DNA of 64,000 nt from the human T2T-CHM13v2.0 reference genome, Homo sapiens. The DNA lies in NCBI RefSeq assembly GCF_009914755.1, contig NC_060926.1, one strand, 5' to 3'. Under the pieces are notes generated by a model. That model was given only the letters and a program-made list of their open reading frames with translations, had not been told where the DNA came from and searched no databases. Positions 27,871 through 42,871 of this stretch are shown piece by piece. The stretch's first letter is position 1. Every line of letters starts with the position of its first letter. Position numbers and translations under genes: made by a program.

Positions 27871-28228
27871 TGATATGGTTTGGCTGTACGTCCCCATTCA
27901 AATCTCATCTCAAACTGTAATCACCATGTGTGGTGGGAATGAGGTGGTTGGATCATGGGGGCGGTTTTCCCCATGCTGTTCTCATGATAGTGAGTGAGTT
28001 TTCATGAGATCTGATGGTTTTACAGGGGGCTCTTCTCTGTTCGCTCCTCACTCTTCTCTCTCCTGCCACCATATGGAGAAGGTCCTTGGTTCCCCTTTGC
28101 CTTCTGCCATGATGGTAAGTTTCCTGAGGCCTCCTAGCCATGTGGAACTGTGAGTCAGTTAAACCTCTTTTATTTATAAATTACCCAGTCTCAGGTATTT
28201 TTTATAGCAGTGTGAAAATGGACTAACA
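27871..28228 (+). mobile_element. MSTA-type MaLR solo LTR
   Basis: tgatatggtttggctgtacgtcccc...ggactaaca; 5-bp TSD gtcct. Confidence 0.9.
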
Positions 28229-28595
28229 GTCCTGTATCAGATATGCGGTTTACAAATATTTTCCTCTAGTCTGTTAACTTGCCTTTTTATTCTCTTTGCA
28301 AGGTGTTTAGTAGAGCAAAAGTCTTTACTTTTGATGAAATCCAGTTTTATCAGTTTTTCTTTTTAGGACTCATGGTTTCAGTTTCAAGTATAAGAATTCT
28401 TTGCCTAGCTTTAGCCCTTGAATATTTTCTCTGATTTCTTTCTTCTAAATGCTTTATAGGTTTACATTTTACATTTAGATCCAGGACCTGATTTGAGTTC
28501 GCTTTTGGGTAAGGAATGAGACTTAGACTGATGGTCACTTTTTTGCCTATGGATATTCAATTGCTTCAGCATCCTTTGTTGAAAAGGCTATTTTT

Positions 28596-29266
28596 TGCTG
28601 GCAAGGTTGCGGAGAAAAGGGAACATTTATACACTGTTGGTGGGAGTGTAAATTAGTTCAAACATTGTAGAAAGCAGTGGGACGTTTCCTCAAAGAACTA
28701 AAAACAGAACTTATATTCAAGCCAGCAATCCTATTGTTGGGTATATACCCAAAGGAATAGAAATTGTTCTACCATAAAGACACATGCACACGTATATTCA
28801 TTGCAGCACTATTTACAAAGGCAAAGACATGGAATCAACCTAAATGCCCATCAATGGTAAATAGGATAAAGAAAATGTGGTACATATACACCATGGAATA
28901 CTATGCAGCCATAAAAAAGAATGAGGTCATGTTCTTTGCAGAAACATGGATGGAACTGAAAGCCATTATCCTTAGCAAACTAACGCAGGAACAGAAAAAC
29001 AAATACTGAATGTTCCCACTTATAAGTGGGAGCTAAATGATGAGAACACATGGACACAAAGAAGGGAACAACAGATGTTGGGGCCTACCTGAGGGTGGAG
29101 GGTGGGAGGAGGGAGAAGATCTGAAAAAATAACTAACATGTACTAAGCTTAGTACCTGGGTGACAAAATAATCTGTATAATAAATCCCCATAGCTTGAGT
29201 TTACTTATATAACAAACCTGCACATGTACTCTTGAATCTAAAATAAAAGTAAAAAAAGAAAAAAAA
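28596..29266 (+). mobile_element. 5'-truncated primate L1 (L1PA/PB) 3' end
   Basis: ORF2 C-terminus KDTCTRIFIAALFTKAKTWNQPKCPS; A-tail; TSD gaaaaggctattttt/gaaaaggccatcttt. Confidence 0.92.
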
Positions 29267-29683
29267 GAAAAGGCCATCTTTCCTCCATAGAATTGCTTTT
29301 GCATCTTTGTCAAAAAATAGTTGGGCATATTTATGTAGACCTCTTTCTGGGTTCTCTATTCTGTTTCCTTGACCTCTGTGTTTATCTCTCTGCTGATGCC
29401 ACACATTCTAGATTGCCAAAGCTAAATAAGAAGTCTAGAGATTGGTTAGATGCAGTCTTCCTGCTTTATTCTTCTTTATCAAAGTCATTTTAGCTGTTCT
29501 AGTTTCTTTACATTGCCATATAAATTTTAGTATAAACTTGTCTATACAAAAATTCTTGCTGGAACTTTGATATCAATTTGAGGAGAATTGACATCTTTAC
29601 TATGCTGAGTCTTTTAAATCTTGAACATGGTGTGTCTCCACTTATTTAGAATTTCTTTAGTTTCTCTCATCAGCACTTTGTAG

Positions 29684-30316
<633 letters not shown>

Positions 30317-30691
30317 TAGAATTTGTAACACTATGTTGAATAAGAGAGGTAAAAACAGACATGCTTGGGTTGTTCTTGATTTTAGAAGGACATCATTCAG
30401 CCTTTCATCATTAAATGTAATGTTAGCTGTAAGTTTTTCTTAGATACCTTTCAACAAATTGAGGAAGCTCCCCACTATTCCTATTTTTCTAGGTTTTGTT
30501 GTTTTTGTCATGAATGGGTGTTGAATTCTGTCAAATGTTTTAATGCATTGATTGATATAATCATGTGGTTTCTTTCTTCCTAGACCTTTTTACATGGTAG
30601 ATTACAATGAACAAATTTCAAATGTTGAACCAGCCTTACATACTTAGAATAAATTAGGCTTTTCTTTTTTGATCAGAAATTTGTTGACATT

Positions 30692-30990
30692 TGGCTGGGC
30701 ACAGGGCTTCACATCTGTAATCCCAACACTTTGGGAGGCCAAGGTGGGCAGATCACTTGGAGCCAGGAGTCTGAGTCCAGCCTGGCCAAAATGGCGAAAC
30801 CCTGTCTCTACTAAAAATACAAAAATTAGCCAGGCGTGGTGGTGCACAGCTGTAATCCCGGCTACTCGGAGGCTGAGACATGAGAATCGCCTGAACCTGG
30901 GAGGCAAAGGTTACAGTGAACCAAGATTGCGCCACTGCATTCCAGCCTGAGCAACAGGGTGAGACTCTCAAAAAGAAAAAAAGGAAAGAA
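30692..30990 (+). mobile_element. AluS element
   Basis: Dimer; TSD agaaa(t/c)ttgttgacattt. Confidence 0.93.
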
Positions 30991-33849
30991 AGAAACTTGT
31001 TGACATTTCTGGGTCACTGACTCCTCCAGTACCTAGTCAAAAACCCCAGGAACTCACCACCATGTCAATCTTTGGGTCCCAAGGTTCCCAGTTGGTGTGC
31101 CTTCTTCTACTTACTTTTCAGGGACCAGGCCGTCCCAGTGATTGGTATTGGTATTGTCTCCTAGACCAAGGAACCCTGAAGCTGGGGTCTCTTTATGAAT
31201 AAAATAGCTAATGTGATCATATATATAAAATAGACAACTTCAAATATTGGCAATCTTGACTTTGGTTTGTGGATTCCAAACGTCCAAAGGAAATAATAGT
31301 CTGAATGTTTCAGGGCTGATGTGAAAGAAAAATAAATCCTAATTTTCCATTCGCTGATACATTTCAAGATTCATAAGATAGCCCAGAATCTTTTCATAAA
31401 GATGCTTAATGGTATGGCATGGACTTAGGATATGGATTTGTGCTTTCTGATAAATATAGTGGTGTCAGATATTATAGCTGGGTAATTATAATTGCAAGAA
31501 TTGTGTGGCCTTCACACAGTAAAAAACCCATGAATTCATCTACAGACTCTCCAAATAGAAAATTACTAACATGAGAAATGGAGGAATCATTGTGTTGTCA
31601 TAGTTAGGCTTTATTTGCTGGAACTGATGGCTTCCTCCATAGTGAGTAATATGTATGCCTGAGTGCATTCTGGAAAACATGCTCCTGTGGTGTCATGACG
31701 GGCAATACAAACAGAATCCCAAGGAAGATCATTGCTAAATGGCATTAAAGTATAGACCTGGGATGAAAAAGTGAGCTCGTGACATCTGACTAGGGAGTTG
31801 GAGCATTGTGCAAATTATTCATGGTGGGTCATAAAATGAAAAGGCCAGGATGCCCACAGAGCAGAGGAGCCAGCAAAGCTTGGTTTGCATACTGCCTCTC
31901 TAAACGACGAATTCTGGTCATAAAAGGCTCCTTGAAACTTCCCATCCACCAGGGCTGCTTAAATGAGCGCACAAATGGTATTTAAAGTGGTCGGATAACT
32001 GCACATAGATAGCATGGATGACAGCAGCTGCGATGGAGCCGGGCTGTGGCTCGGGTCACCCAAGATGTTTCACTTGCCTTATGGAAGTTGTCAGTTATTT
32101 ATCTATTTTTGGCATAAGACTTATCTTTGAGTTTTTTCAGAGCCAGCATGAAAAATACCTTTGCACGTCCTGAGCATCCCTATGGGAATGGTGAGAGGAG
32201 AGCCCAGGATCGTGCTGGTTAGAGGCAGAAGGCAGAAGGGATCCAAAGCAGGCTGAGAATGAACCGTTGAGAAAACCTAAGAAATTGCCTAGTTCTACTC
32301 AAACTGAGATTCTCACCTATAAGCAGGGGTTCTCAAACTTAGATTGTAGCGAATCTTCTAGAAAGTTTACCACTCAGATTCCTGTTCATGGCACCCAGCA
32401 ATACTGATTGAGAGTGTAGAACGAGACCCAAGAACCTGCATTTTTCATGCATGCCCCACATGTTTCTGAAGCAGGTGATCTGGGGACTATATCCAGAGAA
32501 ACCTTCTCCTGAGAGTAGGTAGTTGTTTGTGATGGAGGTTCACGGAGGGGACTGTAGAAAAAAATCATGTGCCTGAATTCCTGAAATGGTACCAAAGCTA
32601 ATGATTGCATCTCAGTTTCCAATGGAGCTGTTTAACTAATTCTCCCACTTCCAGCCTCAGATTGCTCCCTGAGATCCATCCAGCATCTCACAGAGACATG
32701 TTCTTGGCACCAAGAGAAGGTTTTGGTCATAGAGAATGGCTGAGTCTCTGTGACTTTATCTTCACTATTGAAAAAGTGATTCAAAGGGGACATCCTGCTG
32801 AGGTGGATAAGCAGCTTGTCTCTGCAAACAGAGACAGCTGTGCAGTCATTAGCAAGTCAGCCCCCTAATGGCTTCCAAAGAGCAAGAGCAGGAAGAAGCT
32901 CCCCTTGATGCTGCTTTTCCTTCGTCACAAACGACTCGTGGAGGTGGCCCAAGCATCAAAGATCTGACTAGAAAGAAGAGGTCCTCTAGTCCTTTGACTT
33001 CAGTTTCAGAGCCCCTTTTATGCCTCCCTGGGCCCCGAGAATCTTCTTCACCTGCCCCCTCAGCTGTGCAAAACTGTAAAGAATGGTCCACAGTTACGCA
33101 GGGCCTCTCCAATGACATGCTAACCTCGACCCCAAGCTTAGTCATGTTTTCATTTCTCACGTGTCTTCTCAAACATTTAATTATAAAATACTTAAACGTT
33201 AATTTAGATGAGTTATTCTTTCAAACTCTTTGTTTAAATAAGATACCCCAAAGAGTCATAAGTTTTAGTTTATTATTATTATTTTACCTTTGTGCAAATA
33301 AGATATGATGGAAGTGCTCATAATCCTCTTCTGACTTAGCAGAGAAGATGCACAGGTACCCATACCTTCCAGAAAACAGATCTCAAATGGAATATTACCA
33401 GAGCAACACATTTTAAAGCAACATCAGTGAGAATTACAGCCTTCACAGAAGCTACAGATTACTTCCACAAGCCATAGCAACAGTCTCTGAAGTTAAGATC
33501 CATCGTAAAACTCTTCTATCAGAAATATTAATAACATTGGCAGCCATAATTAAATGATGTAGAAGAACATTTTGTGTTTTCATTTAGTTTTATTTGTTTC
33601 AGTTAGGGAAAGAGGGATATATTTCCTTCTCCTTAACTAGCTATGATTTTTTTCACCAGCAATTGAAAGTGTCTGTTATTTCAGGGTCTGGATTTCCATT
33701 ACCTAGCACTGAGAGAAATAAAATAGGCCTGCTTTATTAAAGTATCAAAATATTTTTAAAATAAAATATTCAGAAGGAAAAAGTGAAAAGAGAATTTAAT
33801 AAATTGAATATGGGGTTTGTAATGTTTTGCATCTGAATGATCCTTTCTA

Positions 33850-35720
33850 ATGCCTGGCTTCTTCCTCCCTGCCTCTGAGTGGGTGATTTAGCTGTCCATC
33901 TCCTGACCTGGCTCCAATGCCTGCCCACCACACCCAGACCCATTTGCACCTTCCTCTATCTTCCCTCCTGTTTGTCAGAGGCACAAGAAGACTCATCCCA
34001 CCTCTTGGCTTATGACTCTCTCCCCTTGGCTTACGACTTTCTCCCATTATGTTACTACACTTGGTTCCTTAATTTCCCTTCACCTTCCCATCTCCACCAA
34101 TTCCTCTGCTCTGTCTACCCACATGCTCAAGTCTACCCCACCCTTAAGCCGATACCAGCCTTTTTCTTGTGCCAGGGCCTTCCTTCTGTCCTTGCAAGAC
34201 TGGCCTGCATCTGCTTCCTCTGCTGTCACATTTTCTGCCACCCACCACAGCCCCTGCTCACCCATGACATCCTGAATGCCAAACCCAAAGCCTTCCCTCC
34301 AGGCCCCACCCAGCTTCGATGCTTCTGAGCCCGCTCCTCCTCGAACGCTCCTCCTCTGCAGGGTTTTCTCCCTGACAAATCCTTCTCCAACACCTTATTG
34401 ACTTCTGTTTCTACCCTGTCGTTGAGCCCTGATATTTTCCTGGGTCTCATCCATCCCTGGTCTCATGTTCCTTCACTCACTCATTCTCCTAAAGCAATCT
34501 CACCCTTTCCAGTATTCAGCCACCATGTATGTGCTTCTGGTGATTAAATCTACACGTGACTTAGGTCTCTTTCCTAAGCGGAAGGCACACGTTTCCACTG
34601 ACATCCTAACACCTCCATTTGCCTCCTCCACAGGCAGGAATCCAACCTATCAACCCACGGTTTCCCTCCAGCCCTCAGTTCCCAGTCTCCGTCAAGACCA
34701 CCACCCTCTTCTCTGCCTTGCAGGCCTGACCCCTTCCTGTCATTCGGCCTCCACACAATCACTTCTAATTTCTGCCAGTTCTTCTGCTAAAATGTCTGTT
34801 GTATCCACCTCCTCCTTTTCCATTTGTGGCAAAATTACCATGCGTCTGGCCCTCACACTTTTTCCCCCTGCACACGCCTCCCAACTGATTTCTCATTTCA
34901 GCTCCTATGTCTGCCATAAGCTTCTCTCTGTAGCCACAGCTGGGTCAGATCCCAACATCTCTGCTTTCAAACACCGATGTCTTCATGACACTTACACAGC
35001 ATGTCCCCACTGCCCCATCAGGCTCTTTAAATACAATGTTCAATGCCAGCCTCTTCTGTAACCATTGTATTCCCCTTCCTTTTCAATTCCCTTCTCAATC
35101 AGAGGTGAGGTCAAGTTCTAACATCAGAGGATACCCAGCTGATGGTGGGCAGTGCAGCTTGCAAACAGAGACAGTAATCGTATAAAAAGAACACCACTTG
35201 TTTACCACTGTCTCTACAATCTGCAACCTGAAAACCTGTTTCCCTTGGGCCCTTCTTACTGTTCCCCTAGCATCCTCTGGCCCAGTTCTAGCAACCTTCT
35301 GGAAGATGCCGCAACTCTCCTTCTCCCTCTACTCTAGCTGTCAGCCATACTTCAGTCCCCGCACACCAGGAACCTCAAACTTCACTTTTCTCTGGATGCT
35401 TTCCAACCTCCCTACCTCTCCTGTTGTTTCCCCTCCCCTGGCTTCCCTGTTCCCCCTCCCCTGCCTTCTCTGCTTGGCAAACCCCCACTTGTCCTTAAGC
35501 CCCCTGCCAAAGTCAGCTCCAGTTCAGCTGTAGAACTTTGCCTACTTCCTTGCCTCTTGATGAATACCTCTTTTATAGCACTTCTCGCATGCTCTTGTAG
35601 GGAACTACTGATATGTCCATCTTTCCTGCTGTGCTGTGCCCTCCTTGAGCTCAGGAATTATGTCTTCATCTTCCTACCCCTGGAGACTGATACGGAGTAG
35701 GAGCTCCATAAATGTTTAAA
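33850..35720. mobile_element. Degenerate L2 remnant (pyrimidine-rich + strand)
   Basis: Long C/T-rich tract ending in L2 3'-like ...ctccttgagctcagg...gtaggagctccataaatgttt; boundaries approximate. Confidence 0.6.
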
Positions 35721-36819
35721 GAAACGAACGAATTACTGTCATTGTTCCTAGGGCTGTGGAAGAGCAATGGAGCTAGAAAACACAGCCCCCATCCTCCTGA
35801 GGGTACAGGTGGTAGGGGCTGCAGTGTGAATATATAGGAAACCCCATAAGACAAGGCGGTGTAAGCAACAAATACACGGCAAGGTTGAGAGGAGGAGGCA
35901 TTGTGTCCAGCTTCTCCACACACAAAGCAAGAGTCCTCCTTTCCTCCCAAAGCCAATAGTCCCCCCTTCTCCTCCAGCTCCTTCCCTAATCAGTGGGATA
36001 GAAGGACTCGTGTATCTGCCTACAGCAAACTGACTCATACCACCCACCCAACCCAGTCACCAACCCAGAAGAAACAGGCTGGGCAGGCACCAGAGCCAGT
36101 GCCTATGTCACTATCAAATCCATTTCTGAATCTGTCCAAGGGCACATGGGCTGCTTGCCCCGGTTCACAGCCTTTGTTTCTCTATAATCTGCATACTTTG
36201 TAATATACTGTTCAGAGTTTATTGCAAGCCACTTATATTTTCTCGCCTTCAGTTAAACTTTTAGGCTAATTGATCCCCATGAAACTCCTCCTTCTTCAAA
36301 CTTGCCCTTGGAAACTCTCTCCATTCTTTGTAAGCCATTATCTTTTCTATTGATTGCCATTCCTATTCAGTCTTTCTTGTTAATTACCTGACCTTCATCT
36401 GTACTCTCCAATTACTTAGTCTCTCTTTTCAAACACCAGCTACTTACTATTCTTTCCTGCTCTTAAGTGGTTCTCATTCCAAGCCTCTGAACCTTCCCCT
36501 GTGTATTTGTTAGAGATTCTTTTATTGCTTCTTTTCTGTGCCTATGTTTAAAATAGAGTTTTTGTAGTGTCATTTCATCATAGTCTCTGAATGCCTAGAC
36601 ATGATTCTTACTTTTTCAACCTTTTATATCCCTGAGAGCTTTCCTCTAAATAACTCATTAATTCATTCATCTAACAGGTAGTGAGTGTTGAGTCACCTAA
36701 TACTTGTATTGAGTCATCATCCCACTAGGAAGAAAGAAGTCACTGCAGGTGTTTTAAACAGAGGTACTTTAATTTAGGGAACTGGTTACAAAAATGTTGG
36801 AAAGAGTAGAGCTGCTAAA

Positions 36820-37469
36820 ATTAAAAACATTAATTATACCAAGTGTTGACAAGGATTTGGAGCAAGTGGAATTCTTATACACTGCTGGTGGGAATTTAAA
36901 ATAATACAATTTTGGTTGTTTCTTAAAAAGTTAGATATATGACTACCGTATGATTCAGCCATCCCAAACTTAGGTATTTACCTAAATGAAGTGAAAGCAG
37001 ATACTCATACAAAGTCTTGTACAAAAATGCTCAGAAGCTTTATATATAATGGGTCAAAACTGGAAACAACCCAAATGTTTATCAACACAGTTGTAGATAA
37101 ATAAATTGCAGTATATTCACATAATGGAGTACTATTCAGCAATAAAAAGGAATAAACAATTGAAACATGCAACAACAGGAATTAGTTTAATTATGCTGAG
37201 TAAAAATTCAAAAAAAATTAAAAGAAGTGCATACTATATAATATATAATTCCATTTATATAAAATTCTATAAAATGCAAGCTGTAATCACAGAAAGCCGA
37301 TCAGCAGGCAGGAAAGGGGAGGGAGAGATTGCCAAGAAGCATAATAAACTTTTGGAGGTGATGGACGTGTTCATTATTTTTATTGCAATGATATCACAGT
37401 CTATACTTATGCTAAAGTTTATCAAATTATACACTTTAGATATATATATATAGTTTATTGTATGTCCAT
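36820..37469 (+). mobile_element. Old L1 (L1M) 3' end, interrupted by the MER4 provirus; last bases resume at 45376-45400
   Basis: ataccaagtgttgacaagg...HIMEYYSAIKRNK...tagtttattgtatgtc, then cagttatatctcaacaaa after the 3' LTR. Confidence 0.8.
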
Positions 37470-39566
37470 TGTGAAAGGTAAATAAATCTTGCCCCAAAAT
37501 CACTAAGCTAAAGGGAGAAATCAAGCTGAGAATTCCATAGGGCCAACTACCCCCCATTCTATTCAAAGTCACCCACTCTGTTCACTGAGATAAATGCATA
37601 TCTGATTGCCTCCTTTGGATAAGCTAATCAGAAACTCAAAAGAATGCAACTATTTGTCTCATATCTACCTATGACCTTGAAGCCTCCACCCCGCTTCAAG
37701 TCTCCCCGGCTGTGCTTCAAGTTGTCATGCCTTTCCAGACTAAACCAATGTTTATATTGCGTGTGTTGATTGTCTCCCTAGAATGTATAAAACCAAACTG
37801 TGCTCTGACCACTTTGGGCATATGTCATCAGGACCTCTTGAGGCTGTGTCATGGGTGTGCAACCTCAACTTGGCAAAATAAACTTTCTAAATTAACTGAG
37901 CTGTGTCTCAGATCTTCAGGGTTCACATTTTAGTAACTACAAGGGGGTTCTAAGTGGCAATATCCCTGATCTTTAACAATTCTCCTATTGGTGCTTGGTA
38001 CCAGCATGAGCTAACTTTATGGCTCAAACCTACAGGACAATTTGCTGAGGTCTGAGAGTACACACTCTAGAGAGTCCCCGATCTTCCAAAATTTGGTTGA
38101 GATCTAAAGTTTATTTCGCTGTACAACTCCTCTTTTTTTGGAGTTTTGCTTGCTTCCAACAAGGAAGGCAAGATTTCCTGTTTCCGTGACGATGGAAGGC
38201 AGGTAACTGCTTTATGGAGTTTGAGCTCGCTTCCAATAGGGAAGTTGAGTTTTGTTTTTTGTTTTTTTTTTCCTGCTTTTAGGATGGTAGAGAGCAGTCT
38301 ACAGCTTGAGACCCATCCCTAAGTAAGTTACTGAATTGGGTTTTGTCTTGGCTAAAGTTAAGATTAACAACCAGCTGGTCTTAATTTCTCTTTACCATTA
38401 GATCATAATGACCATATAAGTTGTGCCATTGTTTGTTTTGCTTAACTGTTTGTTGTTGTTGTTGTTTGTTTCTGTTTTTGTTGTTTCAGTCTTTTCCCAT
38501 TGGGTTTGATCAACTCTATCTGACTTGATCAAATCCAAAGGAAAGTTCCAAATTATGGGGAACAAGACCTCTGAAGTGGCTAAATTACCCTCACCACACA
38601 CACAAAGGTGGTGTAGTGGGGGAGAGAAATGGCCAGCAAAAGGTAAAAAAAAAAAAGAAGGATTTTTAAATTTTAACTGCTAGAGGGTCTTTATTTACAT
38701 AACGAGGCCACCTTTTTGCCAGCCAGGTCAAATTGAAAGCAATGACTGTCACCCCACACTGCAGTTCCACGGCTAAGTTTCTGTCTTTTTTTTCCCACCA
38801 CGACAGCCTCAGTTTGGTTCCTAATTCAAGCCCTTTCGGGTTTGATACTTGGTGCTTCTAAAATAGCAACAATTTGTCCTAGCTGAAATATAGTAATGAG
38901 AATTTAAAAAATTTTTTTGACAAAGAACTCAATGGTTAAAAGTCAGCTTAATTAAAAGCTCATATCCAAGATGTGTGTGTGTATGTGTGCATGTGTGCAT
39001 GTTTGTATTTAAAAGGCCTTAATGTTTTGGGTTTCTTTGTTTTTTCTCTTCTAGGACCTTGTCCTTTTTTTGAGCAAAAGTGTTTTTTTTCTTTCTTTCT
39101 CAGTTGACTGGATTCTGTTTTCTTCATTTACTTCTGCTGTCCCTCCTTTCTCTTGCACCCTCTGCTGCATGAGGGACCTAAAATCATTTATAGTAGTCTG
39201 GGGTTCCTTAAAAAAATGGTGAATGCACCAGACTCCCTTTGGAAGAGAAACCTGTTTTTCCTTATGGAATACCAACAGTGTAAACAGACAAGTTCATCTC
39301 AGCTCTTAAACTGCTTGCTTTTGTATTGCATTACATGATTTATTGAATAAAATTATTATTACAACAGAGGCTGCCCTTGGGTTTTTTACGTTTTAAGAAG
39401 AGCGTAGTTTAGACACTTAGAAATGTGTTTGTTTAAAAAAAAATTTTTAAGTGCACTGTAAAAACATCACATGGTCTAGCCTCATAATAATTCTCCCTTT
39501 TTGGAAACCCAGGATTCAGTGTGGGCTCTGCCCAGAGCTTAGAGATCCAGTTAAAAGACAGGTAGT

Positions 39567-39864
<298 letters not shown>

Positions 39865-42395
39865 GATAGGTAGTCCATATCTAAATAAAATTGGTCTCTT
39901 TATACAATCTGATGATAGATTTTTATGATTTTATGTTTGATTTGGTGTTCATCTTTAATCTCTGTCTAGCACACCACACTTTTTCTCTCCATACCTTATG
40001 ATACAAATTTTGCTATTTGATTTTCATCTGAGTTGTTTCCTTTAATATGCAAATTTAAAGCTATTTAGCTGAGAGCTGCCTAGGGTTGTGAAACAGATTA
40101 TCAAGAATCTGAAAGTCTAAGATAGGGTAAAAAAAGGTTTTTATGAATCTATAAGATGTACTTCTGTTGGTATGCCTAATATGTCTATGCATTTGTGTGT
40201 TGTGTACTAAAGTTTTCAGTAGTTTCACTGCTGAAAAATATATAAAGGAGCTCTAATTAACTGGCTTAAAGAAAAATAAAGGCACTTAAATCAAATACTT
40301 CATCAGAAAAAGGAAAGACTAGTCAAATGCTTTTTCGAGTTTACATGACTTAAGTAAAATCTTTAATAAGTAAGCTAGCTTTAAAATTATTGGTAAAGTA
40401 ACATTAGAAATGTCTTAAGAATTGCCAGCATATATTTTTGTTTGCATTTATCAATCAAGTAATTTCATACTTATCCCTGCCAAATACTATAAGGTGTTAA
40501 AATTTGGCATAGGAGTTACAAAACTATAAACGCAGCCCAAGACAGAATGATCTTTACTTGTGTAATCTTTAATAAATAAGACATTGACATTGGTTTAATG
40601 AAAATAGCTACATCTTGAATTATTTAGTAAAATTACCATAACTTCTAATCTTGTGGTTTTTGGCAGTCGAGTCCACAGGCAGTAAGGAGGTTTGTTTTGG
40701 GAAAGGACTGTTATCATCTTTGTTTCAAAGCTAAACTAAGTTTCTTCCAAAGTCCAAGAATGAACAAGGACAGCTTGGAAGTTAGAAGCAAAGTGGAGTA
40801 AGTTAGGTCATATCTTTTTCACCGTCTCAGTTAGAATTTTGCAATGGCGAGTTTCATAACTTTACATCATGACTATTACAATTTTCATGAACAATCTAGG
40901 TAAACCAATAAAATAAAATATGTGGGAAAATGTAATGGGATAAATACTTGTAGAGAAACTTGTCATAATTTAGACTCTAAAGTTATATTAAATTAAATAA
41001 TATATATTTCATTATTAGGGTATTTTTCTATAAAAAATTGTAGGAAAATATTCTTTCTAAAAAAAGTGTCCTTTTAAAAAAGGTGAACAATTTTTGTCTA
41101 GTTCAAAAGTTACATATAAAACTAGACTAAAAAACAGGAAATAAGAGAGATGTAAAGGAAGTTATAGAAATAAAGAGGTGTTTTTTGGAAATAAAGCTTA
41201 AAGAGAAATAATTTTATATAAGAAAGAAACTTGTATGGTAAATTTAGACCTAGAATAAAATGACTGGTTGTTTAAGAAAGAGGGATATTCAGGACAAACC
41301 AGAAAGTCCAAGCATGTCATGAATGGTCTGTGTAAGTCACAATATAAAAGGATTTATTAAAAAAAACTTTTATATGATCAAGTTGTCTATAACTAAAGGG
41401 AAATTATAATGGTCTTTCTAGAGATTGGGTTTAATGTAAAAAAAGCACTTATACACTAAAGAATTAATTAGAACAACCAAATTTCCTTAAGGGATTGATT
41501 TACTCTTAATAAATTATAAGAGATTTTAATTTTTTGTTTAACCCAAAGTTTAACTTCTATTGCATCTCACCATTTTCAGTTTTCTCTCCCCTTTTAAAAG
41601 GCATGAAATAACACTCTCCTTCAACTCATTTTCAGCTCATATAAGTTTTTCTCTCAAGTTCTTTTTGTTGTGATATGATGCTAATATTTTCTTAAAGATA
41701 TAAAGGAAATGTTCTCTTCCAACATAATATTCTATATACTGCAGAAGGTCTTTTCTTTTGCCTTTTGGTAACTGGCCTAGCAGATTTTATGTTTTATTGA
41801 AATAATTCCTATGCCATTATTATTATGTTTGGGTTTGCTTAGGAAAAAAAAAACAAGATTAAAAAACTATTTTTTCAAATTAAGGTTATTACATCCGTGT
41901 ATCTTTCTATATGTGCTTTTAAAGTACTTGTGACATTAAGTTACAGAGTTTTGACTCCTGGGTCTAAAAAGGACACCAAGTCCAAATCTTAAACACTGAC
42001 AGCAGTTACAGCCTCATCTTCAGGCCCCACAGAAGATGCCAATCAAAATAAACTGCATTCCCCAGACACAGGGCCAGAAATTAAAGCCATTCAACTCCTC
42101 AAGGCCCAGGGACTATCATGGAAGAGGTGGGCATATGAGATTGTAAGGGATGATTTTAAGAGATAAAATAAGTTCCATTTCTTTATAAATTAACCATTGG
42201 TATGAAAAGCACACTGATGCAAGACCAGGATGTAGGCCCCTGTGTCAGATTAACAAGGCTTTCTTGAAGCACTAACCAACTCATTAATGAAGGTTATATA
42301 GGTTATAAAGGTTTATGGAAGTTATATCTTATGATCATGATTAAAATTTTATAGATTGTTTGTAAAATTTTAAAAAATTTAATTGACTTCATGCT

Positions 42396-42871
42396 TTTTT
42401 TGTATACTTTAAGTTCTAGGGTATGTGTGCACAATGTGCAGGTCTGTTACCTACGTATATACATGCCATGTTGGTGTGCTGCACCCATTAACTCATCATT
42501 TACATTAGGTATATCTCCTAATGCTACCCCTCCCCCTCACCTCACCCCATGACCGGCCCCAGTGTGTGATGTTTCCCACCCTGTGTCCAAGTGTTCTCAT
42601 TGTTCGGTTCCCACCTATGAGTGAGAACGTGTGGTGTTTTGTTTTCTGTCCTTGTGATAGTTTGCTCAGAATGATGGTTTCCAGCTTCATCCGTGTCCCT
42701 ACAAAGGACATGAACTCATCCTTTTTTAGGGCTGCATAGTATTCCATGGTGTATATGTGCCACATTTTCTTAATCCAGTCTATCATTGATGGACATTTGG
42801 GTTGGTTCCAAGTCTTTGCTATTGTGAATAGTTCCACAATAAACATATATGTGCATGTGTCTTTATGGCAG
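42396..42871 (-). mobile_element. 5'-truncated L1PA 3' end inside MER4-int
   Basis: ORF2 C-terminus on minus strand (KTWNQPKCPSMIDWIKKMWHIYTMEYY); TSD gacttcatgct. Confidence 0.92.

Noticed and set aside
32868-33308. 146-aa ATG-initiated ORF (MASKEQEQEEAP...)
   Set aside because: No recognisable homology, splice structure or retrocopy hallmarks; the C-terminus drifts into AT-rich sequence
33879-35533. Several 110-198 aa ORFs
   Set aside because: Lie in a pyrimidine-rich L2 remnant with few stops; Ser/Pro/Leu-biased chance ORFs
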